Made by a program: the position numbers and the translations under genes | Shown: in pieces, positions 54,484 to 63,324 of the stretch | Layout: the number at the start of each line of letters is the position of its first letter | Position numbering within the stretch: the stretch's first letter is position 1 | Source: an uncultured Verrucomicrobiota bacterium | GTDB lineage: Bacteria > Verrucomicrobiota > Verrucomicrobiia > Limisphaerales > UBA1319 | Assembly (NCBI GenBank): GCA_964538065.1 | Contig: CAZIDG010000013.1 | Coordinates: 1,488-65,487 of the forward strand | DNA length: 64,000 nt | Direction: 5' to 3' | Notes under the pieces: generated by a model | Database searches by the model: none | Seen by the model: only the letters and a program-made list of their open reading frames with translations | What the model was told of the DNA's origin: nothing

Positions 54484-55422
54484 TCAAGCAAGGGCCTCCT
54501 TGCAGTATTGAACACACTTGGCCACTTCGGCGACCGAATTGGAGCCTGGTGGTATTTGGTATTCCAGCTCGATGTCGGCGGGGAAGGTCCATTTTTCTTT
54601 GCGCATGAGTTGCAGCACTTCCTTGATCGGGGTCTTACCTGTGCCCCACGGGAGGTTCCCGCCTTCGGCAGTGCGGTCCTTGAGGTGAAGGCTCACTATC
54701 CGGTCGTGGTATTTTTCAAGCACCGGAATCGGCGACAGCCCCTTGGTGCCGGCGAAGTAATGGCCAATGTCGAAGTTGAATCCGATGTATTGCCCATGGG
54801 AGAGGATGGGGTCTTCCTTGTCCATCACGGGGTAGTTGTCTGTGTGGTTGTGGAATCCAACCCAAATCTTATGTTTGTCGGCAAAGGGCGCGACTCTTTT
54901 GGCCAGGGATTCGGAGCGCTCCGTGGTGATGCCCACACAGCCCAGGGCCTTGGCAACCTGGAAACAAAAATCAATCTCCTCATCTGATTGGCCAAAGGGG
55001 ATCTTATGGATGTGAATATTGACCCCTGCGTCGTTATACATTTTGCGCAATTCCTTGCATTTTGCGAGCTGGGCGGCGCGTTGGGCGTCCGTGGGCTTGG
55101 AAGGGGGATTCCCGTCATTATTGCCACGCCGTCCGCCACGATCCATGCCGGCATAGGTCATGATGGCTCCATCCATAAGCTCCACTTCGCTGAGACCATC
55201 CTGGATGAGGGCTTTCAACGAATCCTCCGCGGTGCTGATCCCGTCGCGATAGCTGTAGGTGATGCAGCCGATGCGGACGCCGTTGAAGACGGAGTTGGGC
55301 TTGCCAGCGGGCCTGGACACGCTGGTGTGTTCAGCCGCCCAGACGTGCGGGGACACGAGGGCACATGCGGCAAGTGAGGTTGTTCTGCCGAGAAAGGATC
55401 GGCGCGAGATCGGGTTTTGCAT
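54484..55422 (-). CDS. Tat-exported sugar phosphate isomerase/epimerase (xylose-isomerase-like TIM barrel)
   Basis: ORF 54484..55584, ATG at 55422. MQNPISRRSFLGRTTSLAACA twin-arginine signal. TIM-barrel motifs: VELMDG, VNIHIHKIPFG, GFHNH, FNFDIGHYF, SLHLKD. Confidence 0.85.
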   Translation of the reverse strand: MQNPISRRSFLGRTTSLAACALVSPHVWAAEHTSVSRPAGKPNSVFNGVRIGCITYSYRDGISTAEDSLKALIQDGLSEVELMDGAIMTYAGMDRGGRRGNNDGNPPSKPTDAQRAAQLAKCKELRKMYNDAGVNIHIHKIPFGQSDEEIDFCFQVAKALGCVGITTERSESLAKRVAPFADKHKIWVGFHNHTDNYPVMDKEDPILSHGQYIGFNFDIGHYFAGTKGLSPIPVLEKYHDRIVSLHLKDRTAEGGNLPWGTGKTPIKEVLQLMRKEKWTFPADIELEYQIPPGSNSVAEVAKCVQYCKEALA

Positions 55423-55711
55423 GATACTTGATGTGTTAATGGTTTTAATTCTCTGAAAATGGGGCTTCAGAACGAAATGAGTATGATGACTGTGGCGTGC
55501 CTGCACCGCTTCGGACGCAGAAGCGTGGCCATGACTGCCCCGTGGTGGGCCTTGAGGCCGGCCAGGATTCGCCACCGGGTCCATTCCACAGTTCGTGCAT
55601 GACGTTGGACATTATTCCGTGCAACGTGGCCATAATATAGTGGAAAAATTCCCCTGTCGACTTCTGCCATTTGATGAATTACATAATGCCCCTGGTAAGG
55701 ATATATCGCGC

Positions 55712-56383
55712 ATGTGGTATGATATGGGTCAACTGGTGGGTGCCGTTTTGCTGATTGTGGGTGCCATGCTTCCAGTGGTTAATCCGCTGGGGGACGCTCC
55801 TATATTTCTTGCCATGACAGCCGGTTACGATCGGTCCACTCGTGCCGAGCTGGCCAAGCGCATCTCCCTTTACTCCTTCAGCTTGATGCTTGGATCCATG
55901 CTGCTGGGTTCGTTTGTCCTGCGCCTGTTCGGTCTGTCGATTCCCCTGGTGCAGGTTGCCGGCGGTGCCGTCGTGTGCTCGCTGAGTTGGGCGCTTTTGA
56001 CGGATAATCCGAAGCCTGCTGATGCCAACTCAAGCCATGCCAACGCCAGGGATGTTGCCTTGGGACGTGCCTTCTATCCCATGACGATGCCCATAACAAT
56101 CGACGCAGGAGTCATTTCGGTGGCGATTACCGTGGGCGCAAATCATTCGTACACGGTCGAGCATATGTTGATTCAGCTGATTGCCGCCATCATTGGTGCG
56201 GCGATTCTCACACTGACCATATTAGTGACCTATCTCTATGCAGAGCCGGTCAGTGAACGGATCGGACGCACCGGCATGATGGTCGTGTTGCGCCTGTCGG
56301 CGTTCATCATGCTGTGCATCGGAGTGGGCATTTGTTGGAACGGAATCAAGTCGTTGCTCGTGGAAGTGGGAATCCAGCGCTGA
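55712..56383 (+). CDS. MarC family (UPF0056) integral membrane protein
   Basis: ORF 55595..56383, ATG at 55712. LPVVNPLGDAPIFLAMT, with about six TM segments. Confidence 0.85.
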   Translation: MWYDMGQLVGAVLLIVGAMLPVVNPLGDAPIFLAMTAGYDRSTRAELAKRISLYSFSLMLGSMLLGSFVLRLFGLSIPLVQVAGGAVVCSLSWALLTDNPKPADANSSHANARDVALGRAFYPMTMPITIDAGVISVAITVGANHSYTVEHMLIQLIAAIIGAAILTLTILVTYLYAEPVSERIGRTGMMVVLRLSAFIMLCIGVGICWNGIKSLLVEVGIQR

Positions 56384-56564
56384 CCCGCTCCTGCCGCAAA
56401 GGGAAGGCGACCTGTTCATCATCCTTCCCGAAGCCGAAGCTGGTGGGGGTGCGAATACCCTGACGTTTCCAATCAAGAGTTGGGGGGGACACGTTTAGAA
56501 GCTGCATGACATGTTCTGTTATTTTCCTTGCCGCCTCTTTGGCTTTTGGTTTGATGACGGTGTT

Positions 56565-57473
56565 ATGAAGAAAATCCACCTTGGTGCCGGGTTCCTTGGC
56601 GCATGCGCCGTTCTCTTTTTTGTTGGCCTGAGCGCTCCGTTGTTGGCGGCGGAGGTCAGTCAAGGCGTGGCGGCATCCAATGTTCAGACGTGCCAGTACG
56701 ACAGCTCGGCCCTGGGCCAGCAGCGTTCCTTCAACATCATCCTGCCCACGAACTATGCCCATTCCACTCATCGCTATCCCGTGCTCTACCTTTTGCATGG
56801 ATACGGGGATGATCATACGGCGTGGTCTTATATGACCGATCTTTCCGGCTGCGCGGCAGATCTGAACGTCATTATTGTCATGCCCGACGCCTCGCGCAGT
56901 TTCTATGTGAACAGTGCCACGGATCCCAAGGCCCGTTTTGAGGATATGATGATCAAGGACCTTATTCCCTATGTGGACAGCCATTTCAGGACCATTCCAT
57001 TGCCGCGCTGCCGTGCCGTGGCAGGTCTTTCCATGGGAGGATATGGCGCGGCGTTTTTGGGGCTGAAACATTACCGTCAATTTGCGGCCATTGGCTCATT
57101 CAGCGGTGCTGTGGCTCGTGCGCACATTGATCCGGTCGATGAATCGAAGCTGGACGACAATGGCAAAAGGAAACAGCAGGAGATGGTGGCGCTGTTTGGC
57201 GCTGCGGGTTCCAATGAACGCAAGGAGCGCGATCCTTTTGCATTAATCGAGAAAATACCCCCTGGCCAGGTCCCGGCGCTCTATATCTGTTGCGGTGGCC
57301 AGGATTTCCTTCTTAATGAGAATCGCCTGTTTGTCGATCATCTGTCCAAACTCAAGGTACCGTATGAGTATCGTGAAATATCACCGAAGAGTCATTCCTG
57401 GGATTTTTGGAATGACCATGTGAAGGAGTTTTTGGAGTTTTTGAAGGGCTGTGAAGGATTTCGATCCCTCTAG
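56565..57473 (+). CDS. secreted esterase (esterase D / putative esterase family, alpha/beta hydrolase)
   Basis: ORF 56511..57473, ATG at 56565 (MKKIHLGAGFLGACAVLFFVG). YPVLYLLHGYGDDH and the nucleophile elbow GLSMGGYGA. Confidence 0.85.
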   Translation: MKKIHLGAGFLGACAVLFFVGLSAPLLAAEVSQGVAASNVQTCQYDSSALGQQRSFNIILPTNYAHSTHRYPVLYLLHGYGDDHTAWSYMTDLSGCAADLNVIIVMPDASRSFYVNSATDPKARFEDMMIKDLIPYVDSHFRTIPLPRCRAVAGLSMGGYGAAFLGLKHYRQFAAIGSFSGAVARAHIDPVDESKLDDNGKRKQQEMVALFGAAGSNERKERDPFALIEKIPPGQVPALYICCGGQDFLLNENRLFVDHLSKLKVPYEYREISPKSHSWDFWNDHVKEFLEFLKGCEGFRSL

Positions 57474-57488
57474 CCAACACCCTTGCTC

Positions 57489-59567
57489 ATGATGCGCCTG
57501 ACGGCCTTATTGAAGTGTGCGTTGGGGATGGCCCTTGTGGGGGTGTGTGCCCTTGTGGTGTGCCATGCTGACGCCGTGCGGGAGATGGTCATCACCAACG
57601 ATTACGTCTTTGAAAAGGACGCCCATATCCAGGCGCGGGTCGTGGTTCAAGCCAGCCATGCCATCATCGATGGGAATGGCGCCACATTGGAGGGCTCGGG
57701 GCGACCTGGGGATACCAACAGCCTGGCGGCGGCAGGGATCGGCATCTTCCTGAACGGGTGCACGGGTGTTACCATTCGGAATCTCAAGGTCACTGGCTTT
57801 GAGGTGGCCCTATCGGCTCAGGATTCAACCGCCTTGGTGCTTCAGGGATGTGATTTTTCGCGTAACTACCACAACCCCAAGCATGGGTGGGGTGAAATGC
57901 CTCCCCGGGGAGGTATTTACCTTAAGCGGGTCCACCAAGGCGTGATTGAGCAATGCCGCGCGAGCGAGAATTGGAATGCGCTGGAGATGGTGGAATGTAA
58001 CGATAATCTGGTCTCCAGCAACGACTTCTCGCATTGTTCCAATACCTGTGCCAAGCTGTGGAATGCCTCGCGTAACCGATTCCTCTACAACAATTTATCG
58101 TATGGAATCCGCATCGATCGCGCTGCGGGCGAGGTGCATGCGCGTGACAGCACCGGCGTGCTGATCGAGAGTGGCTCCGACGATAATTATTGGTATCGGA
58201 ATGATGTGACCCAAGGGGGGGATGGCATATTCATCCGGGTGCTCAATGGCTGGGTGTCGCGTGGCAACGTCTTCGTGGAGAACGATGCATCCTATGCCAA
58301 CAATAACTGTTTTGAGGCCTGGAGCCCCGGCAACACCTATATCCGTAATAAGGCCAATCATGGTAGTTATGGCTTCTGGCTGGGGGCAAGCGATCAGACC
58401 GTGGTTGTTGATAATGAGGCGGCCTTTAACGGTCGTCCGGAGGGTTATCATAACGCGCCCGAATCCGGGTTTGGCCATGGAGGGATTGTCTTTGTGAACG
58501 GTCCCTCAAGCCATACGAGGGTGGAGGGAAATGACTGCCATGATAACAACGGTGGCGGCATAGTGTTCCGTGGCGATGCTGCCAGCAAGGGTGCTCAATG
58601 GCGTGCCTTTCATTGGGTGATTCAGAATAATCGCCTCGAGCGCAATAAATGGGGGATCTGGGGCCGCTGGGCGGATTGGATCCATTTGGCCAATAACACG
58701 TTCAAGGACAATGAGCAGGATACCTGGTTCCAGGATGTGTCCAATCTGACGGTGAAACCCTCCAACCCTCAGGTATGGCATCGCCCCCATATTGTCATGA
58801 CGGCCCCCATGCGTGCCACGGTGGGCCAGCCTGTTACCTTTGACGCCTCCTCCAGCTACGATCCCGCTGGCAAAACACTCTCCTTCCGCTGGGATCTCTC
58901 CGACCGCATTTCCACGTTGCCTGGCTTTTCTCATACCTTTCGCCAACCAGGCTTCCATCGCGTGGGCCTCACCGTTGATAATGGCACTCTGGCCGATCTC
59001 GCCTTTTGTGATCTCGTGGTCACGGCTCCAGTGGAGGAAACAGGCACCGAAGGACAGGCCGCCCTGTGGGGTGGGGAGTTGGAAAACAATGCCGAAGGAA
59101 AGGGCCGCATTGTTTTTGCCAATGATTCCGATTCTGCCGTGGGCGCGTATTCGCTGAAATTCAGTCCGTCGCCGTACCCTGGCGATTATGCGGAAGCCGT
59201 CTTTCCACAGAGAAAGGACGCCTGCTGGAACCTAAAGGACAAGACTTGCTGCAGCTTTTGGATCAAAGTGCAAAATCCAAACATGCCCACCTTCCAGAAC
59301 GCCGGGCCTGTAATCCGTCTTTATGGACCCAGGGGACAGATTCAATTGACCCCCGCCAAGGGGGGCAACCTGTTGGTCAATCCACCCTATAGCGAGGCAC
59401 GCTGGTCGTGGATGCGTTTAACCGTGCCACTGACTGGAAACGACGCCTGGACGATGGAAAAGACAGGGGACATATCGCTCGAGCAGATCACTGCCTTTGG
59501 CCTGGCGCTGGACTCATACGGTTATGAACCGTTTGTGGTGTGGCTGGATGGGCTCGCCTTTGAGTAG
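57489..59567 (+). CDS. secreted right-handed parallel beta-helix protein with a PKD domain and a C-terminal beta-sandwich
   Basis: ORF from TTG 57483, ATG at 57489. Repeated G-x-x-I-x-N beta-helix rungs (VTIRNLKV, LVLQGCDF, NLVSSNDF, FLYNNLS, NYWYRNDV). PKD-like VGQPVTFDASSSYDPAGKTLSFRWDL. Confidence 0.75.
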   Translation: MMRLTALLKCALGMALVGVCALVVCHADAVREMVITNDYVFEKDAHIQARVVVQASHAIIDGNGATLEGSGRPGDTNSLAAAGIGIFLNGCTGVTIRNLKVTGFEVALSAQDSTALVLQGCDFSRNYHNPKHGWGEMPPRGGIYLKRVHQGVIEQCRASENWNALEMVECNDNLVSSNDFSHCSNTCAKLWNASRNRFLYNNLSYGIRIDRAAGEVHARDSTGVLIESGSDDNYWYRNDVTQGGDGIFIRVLNGWVSRGNVFVENDASYANNNCFEAWSPGNTYIRNKANHGSYGFWLGASDQTVVVDNEAAFNGRPEGYHNAPESGFGHGGIVFVNGPSSHTRVEGNDCHDNNGGGIVFRGDAASKGAQWRAFHWVIQNNRLERNKWGIWGRWADWIHLANNTFKDNEQDTWFQDVSNLTVKPSNPQVWHRPHIVMTAPMRATVGQPVTFDASSSYDPAGKTLSFRWDLSDRISTLPGFSHTFRQPGFHRVGLTVDNGTLADLAFCDLVVTAPVEETGTEGQAALWGGELENNAEGKGRIVFANDSDSAVGAYSLKFSPSPYPGDYAEAVFPQRKDACWNLKDKTCCSFWIKVQNPNMPTFQNAGPVIRLYGPRGQIQLTPAKGGNLLVNPPYSEARWSWMRLTVPLTGNDAWTMEKTGDISLEQITAFGLALDSYGYEPFVVWLDGLAFE

Positions 59568-59615
59568 GATGTTTTGTGGTTTTCCGGTGAATGGGAATGG
59601 ATTACAATAGCCTGG

Positions 59616-60320
59616 ATGAAAACGTTTTTGAGGAGTTTCTGGCACGGCATGGCATGGCCGATGTGGATCATGGTTGCGCTGCTTTCCCTGAATATCGAGG
59701 CAGCCGTTGATGCCCTGTATCTCAAGGAAGGGAGGGTTTACACCAAAACCGGCGAGCAGGAACAACTACTCCCGGCGACGATTATCTTGCCAGACGATGT
59801 GGAGGTAAAGACGAACGGAGTTATCAAGGTGGCCAAGGGTGCCGAGCGCAAGCTCAAGGAGGGGCAGATCCTCCAATGGGACGGGACGATGATCAATCCT
59901 GATGGATCCGTGCTGCCCGTCATCGATCACATTGCCATCAAGGATGGCAAAGCCATGATGACAAAAGATGGCGAAACCACCCAGATCATTGCCCCCCTGG
60001 TCTGGCCGGTTGGCACAGTCCTGCCTGATGCAACTCTGGTGAAGCCCAGTGGCGTTCGAACCCGCTTGACTGACGGCCTGATGTTCAAGCTGGATGGAAC
60101 ACCCCTTCCGGCCAGGGATTCGATTACCCTGATGAAGGGGCAGGTGATTATCCAACGCGATGGCACCTTGCTCAAGCTCCTTGGTTGGCAGACGATGGGA
60201 ATGTCCGATGGCACCAAAGTCAAGGGAGATGGAACGGTCACCCGTCGGGATGGCCGCGAGATCAAACTCCACGAGGGCCAAACCCTCGTTGTGGAAGGGG
60301 CGGCCATCACAGTTCGTTAA
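59616..60320 (+). CDS. hypothetical signal-anchored protein with DGT/KDG repeats (DUF6799-like)
   Basis: ORF 59574..60320, ATG at 59616 (MKTFLRSFWHGMAWPMWIMVALLSL). Repeats: LKEGQILQWDGTMINPDGS, IKDGKAMMTKDGETT, FKLDGTPL, IQRDGTLL, MSDGTKVKGDGTVTRRDGREIKLHEGQTL. Confidence 0.6.
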   Translation: MKTFLRSFWHGMAWPMWIMVALLSLNIEAAVDALYLKEGRVYTKTGEQEQLLPATIILPDDVEVKTNGVIKVAKGAERKLKEGQILQWDGTMINPDGSVLPVIDHIAIKDGKAMMTKDGETTQIIAPLVWPVGTVLPDATLVKPSGVRTRLTDGLMFKLDGTPLPARDSITLMKGQVIIQRDGTLLKLLGWQTMGMSDGTKVKGDGTVTRRDGREIKLHEGQTLVVEGAAITVR

Positions 60321-60366
60321 ACAGCCCACCGTCGCTGCCAATCAGGAGCAGGGCCTCGTTTTTGAA

Positions 60367-61722
60367 TCAGAGAACCCAGCCCTTGCGGAACGTTGGCGTT
60401 AAGAGTTGATTCGCCTCGGGACAGTTCGTGAATTGGAGTTTCTTCGTATCCCATTCCAGCTTTTGTCCCTTGAAACGAATCGCCATGAGGCCCAGCAGGG
60501 CAGTCTCGACCATGGGCCCACCATATTCGAAGTTGGATCCCGCAGGCGCCCCTCCCTTGCAGGCAGCGATCCATTCCTCGTGATGACCGGGCGAACGCGG
60601 CAGCTTCTGGGCCGGTTGTGGATATTCCTTCATTTTGGCGGCGGGTATGATTTGAGCGCCACCTGCGCCATGCGAACCATACAGGATTTTGCCTTTGTCA
60701 CCGATGACAACCGCACCGATGCCAGGCAGTTGACGATTGGCTTCCAGTTCTTCAGGACGAGGGGGCAGCTGTTTTCCATCAAACCATTTGATTTTTACGG
60801 CGGGCCGGTCTCCCTGGGCTGGAAAATCGTACGTGATGACGGTGCCTTGTGGAAAAGTCTCGCCATGGGTTGCGGGGTCATAATCACCCGTGTCGGCTTG
60901 AATCGCAGATGGATGCCCCAAGTGGAGTGCCCAAAACACCGGATCCAACACATGGCAGGACCAATCGCCGGGTACGCCTGTTCCAAAGGCCGCCCATGAC
61001 CTCCATTTGCCAGGCACATAGAGTGAATGATAGGGCCGTTCAGCGACCGGTCCAAGCCAGAGGTCCCAGTTCAGGCCCTCGGGCACCGGTGGCCGTTCCT
61101 TGAGCAGCTCAAGCCGATTCATCCCACTGTACACACTGTTGCAGAAGGCATGGACTTCACGGACATTGCCAATGGCCCCATCCCATATGTACTCGCAAAA
61201 GGTGCGGATGGAATCAAAGGAATGCCCTTGATTGCCCAATTGGGTGGCCACTTTGTGCTCGCGAGCCGCCGTCATGAGGGCGCGAACCTCGTGGATCGAA
61301 TGGGCAAGCGGTTTCTCGCAATAGACATGCTTGCCCATCTTGATGGCTCGGCAGGCTGCGACGGCGTGGGTGTGGTCGGGCGTCGAGACAACCACGGCAT
61401 CGATTTCCTTATCCATCTCATCCAGCATTTTCCGGTAATCCTGAAAACGCCGGGCCTTGGGATACTGGCCAAAAGCGCCCGCAGCTCGCTTTTCATCGAC
61501 ATCGCACAAGGCGACAATGCTTTGCCCCTTTATGCTCTGCAGGTTGTCAAAGCCGCGCCCCCCGACACCAATGCAGGCAATATTCAAGCGTTCATTGGCA
61601 GGCGGGGCGCCACGCAACCCCAATACGCCCGATGGCACGAATTGTATGGTGGCAAAGGTGGCTGCGGCGCTGCCTATAAAGTGGCGGCGGCTCATGCTGG
61701 AAAGTGACTTGTTCATGGCCAT
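60367..61722 (-). CDS. Tat-exported Gfo/Idh/MocA family oxidoreductase (GH109-like is an alternative)
   Basis: ORF 60367..61788, ATG at 61722. MSRRHFIGSAAATFATIQF twin-arginine signal. LNIACIGVGGRG Rossmann start. HVYCEKP. Confidence 0.85.
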   Translation of the reverse strand: MAMNKSLSSMSRRHFIGSAAATFATIQFVPSGVLGLRGAPPANERLNIACIGVGGRGFDNLQSIKGQSIVALCDVDEKRAAGAFGQYPKARRFQDYRKMLDEMDKEIDAVVVSTPDHTHAVAACRAIKMGKHVYCEKPLAHSIHEVRALMTAAREHKVATQLGNQGHSFDSIRTFCEYIWDGAIGNVREVHAFCNSVYSGMNRLELLKERPPVPEGLNWDLWLGPVAERPYHSLYVPGKWRSWAAFGTGVPGDWSCHVLDPVFWALHLGHPSAIQADTGDYDPATHGETFPQGTVITYDFPAQGDRPAVKIKWFDGKQLPPRPEELEANRQLPGIGAVVIGDKGKILYGSHGAGGAQIIPAAKMKEYPQPAQKLPRSPGHHEEWIAACKGGAPAGSNFEYGGPMVETALLGLMAIRFKGQKLEWDTKKLQFTNCPEANQLLTPTFRKGWVL

Positions 61723-61787
61723 GGTCCGTTGTTTGCTATTGTTTTGAGATCTTGTGTTTAAAAAAGGCGCTTTGCAAATGGAAATCA

Positions 61788-62696
61788 TTACCGCCGGCTG
61801 AGTTGGATGAATCTTTCCGGAGGGATTTCATACACCTTTTTGAAAACACGCGAGAAATGGTAGGGATCTTCAAAACCCATCTCCGACGCAACTTCCTTAA
61901 CCAATCGGCCTGGTTCCATCAATTTCTGTGCAGCGGATCGCATGCGCAATCGCAGGATCTGCTGATAAGGGCTGTACTGGCCGAAACGTCGAAACAGCCT
62001 GCAGAGATAGGCTTGATCAATATGGCATGCCTTGGCGGCCTGCTCCACGCTATGAATTTCCTCGATGTGATCGGCAAGGTAGTTCACACAGCGCTGATAG
62101 GTGGCACGGGCCCGCGCATCGGGTTCGCCATAGGCGCTTTGGTTGTCGGCACACCGAATCATGAGGCATTCAAGCAGCAGCGAGCACAGTCGATCAACAT
62201 GCTGGGATACACTGGCGCCCGTGGTGATCAGTGCGTCAAAATTCTCCGTGACCGGTGCGATGTTGGTGATTTGCTTGATGGACCCCGGCGCCAGTTCCCA
62301 GCGGGTCAGCATGCGACGGGCCGCGGTGCCCACGAAATCGACAAAGTATTTAACCAGGGGCGTCGATGGATCACACGCAATGTTGTGGGACATGCCGGGT
62401 CCATAGGAAAACACGGCGCCTGGTTGAAGGGGGTACTCGTGGCCGTTCAGGACGAGGGTGCCCTTGCCGTGGACAACAAACTCGATGCAGTAAAAGGAAA
62501 AACCCTTGCGAACGATATGGTAATCCGATGCACAGTGCTCACACCCTCCGCATACCACACGCAGCGGGGCGGAGGATGCAGGTTTCATATCCAGGAAAAA
62601 ACGTCGTGCCCTGGATACCTGGGTGGAGAAAAAACCGGGTTGGAGCTTCTGCCCAGCCTGAGTCGGCGTTCGCATATATGAGTCAATTATGTCCAT
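61788..62696 (-). CDS. AraC family transcriptional regulator (cupin sensor plus HTH)
   Basis: 302 aa. N-terminal cupin-like FYCIEFVVHGKG. C-terminal AraC HTH: VEQAAKACHIDQAYLCRLFRR...VASEMGFEDPYHFSRVFKKVYEIPPERF. Confidence 0.9.
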   Translation of the reverse strand: MDIIDSYMRTPTQAGQKLQPGFFSTQVSRARRFFLDMKPASSAPLRVVCGGCEHCASDYHIVRKGFSFYCIEFVVHGKGTLVLNGHEYPLQPGAVFSYGPGMSHNIACDPSTPLVKYFVDFVGTAARRMLTRWELAPGSIKQITNIAPVTENFDALITTGASVSQHVDRLCSLLLECLMIRCADNQSAYGEPDARARATYQRCVNYLADHIEEIHSVEQAAKACHIDQAYLCRLFRRFGQYSPYQQILRLRMRSAAQKLMEPGRLVKEVASEMGFEDPYHFSRVFKKVYEIPPERFIQLSRR

Positions 62697-62858
62697 CTGG
62701 CGGTCAAAAGTGACTATGGTCGCGCAGGTGGATTACGGCGATACTTTGAACCCGCATGGGAAGATTGGCAACAGGATAACGACATGGTAGATGTGGAAGG
62801 ACATCGTGAATCCGCCTCAGCGATCAAAAAGGGGTGGGTTCGGGAGAAAAGGATCCTT

Positions 62859-63248
62859 ATGCTGAAAACAGGAATATTGAATCCGCAATTGAATTCGCTG
62901 CTGAGCCGGGTGCGCCACACCAATCTGCTGGTGATTGCTGACCGGGGATTTCCCTTCTGGCCTCAGATCGAAACGGTCGATCTGTCGCTGGTCGATGACA
63001 TTCCCACGGTTCTGCAAGTGTTGCAGGCGATTCGTGGGAATTTTAGCCTCGGGCGTGCCTGGATGGCTCGTGAGTTCTCCCGGCATAATGACACGACGGT
63101 TATCAATCATTTTCGCGAGGCCTTGGACGACGTTCCTGTGTTTTTCGAGCCCCATGTTCAGTTTAAAAAGCGTGTGCCTGGGGCCATAGGACTGGTCCGT
63201 ACGGGCGACACCATTCAATATGCCAATATGATTCTGGAATCCGCCTAG
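62859..63248 (+). CDS. RbsD/FucU family sugar mutarotase (L-fucose mutarotase or D-ribose pyranase)
   Basis: ORF 62784..63248, ATG at 62859. MLKTGILNPQLNSLLSRVRHTNLLVIADRGFP matches the family N-terminus. Confidence 0.8.
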   Translation: MLKTGILNPQLNSLLSRVRHTNLLVIADRGFPFWPQIETVDLSLVDDIPTVLQVLQAIRGNFSLGRAWMAREFSRHNDTTVINHFREALDDVPVFFEPHVQFKKRVPGAIGLVRTGDTIQYANMILESA

Positions 63249-63324
63249 GCGTTCATGCTTTGGATCGATTCATGAAGGCAGGATCTCGGACGGCATCAGG
63301 GCACATCATCCAGGAAGGAAATAC

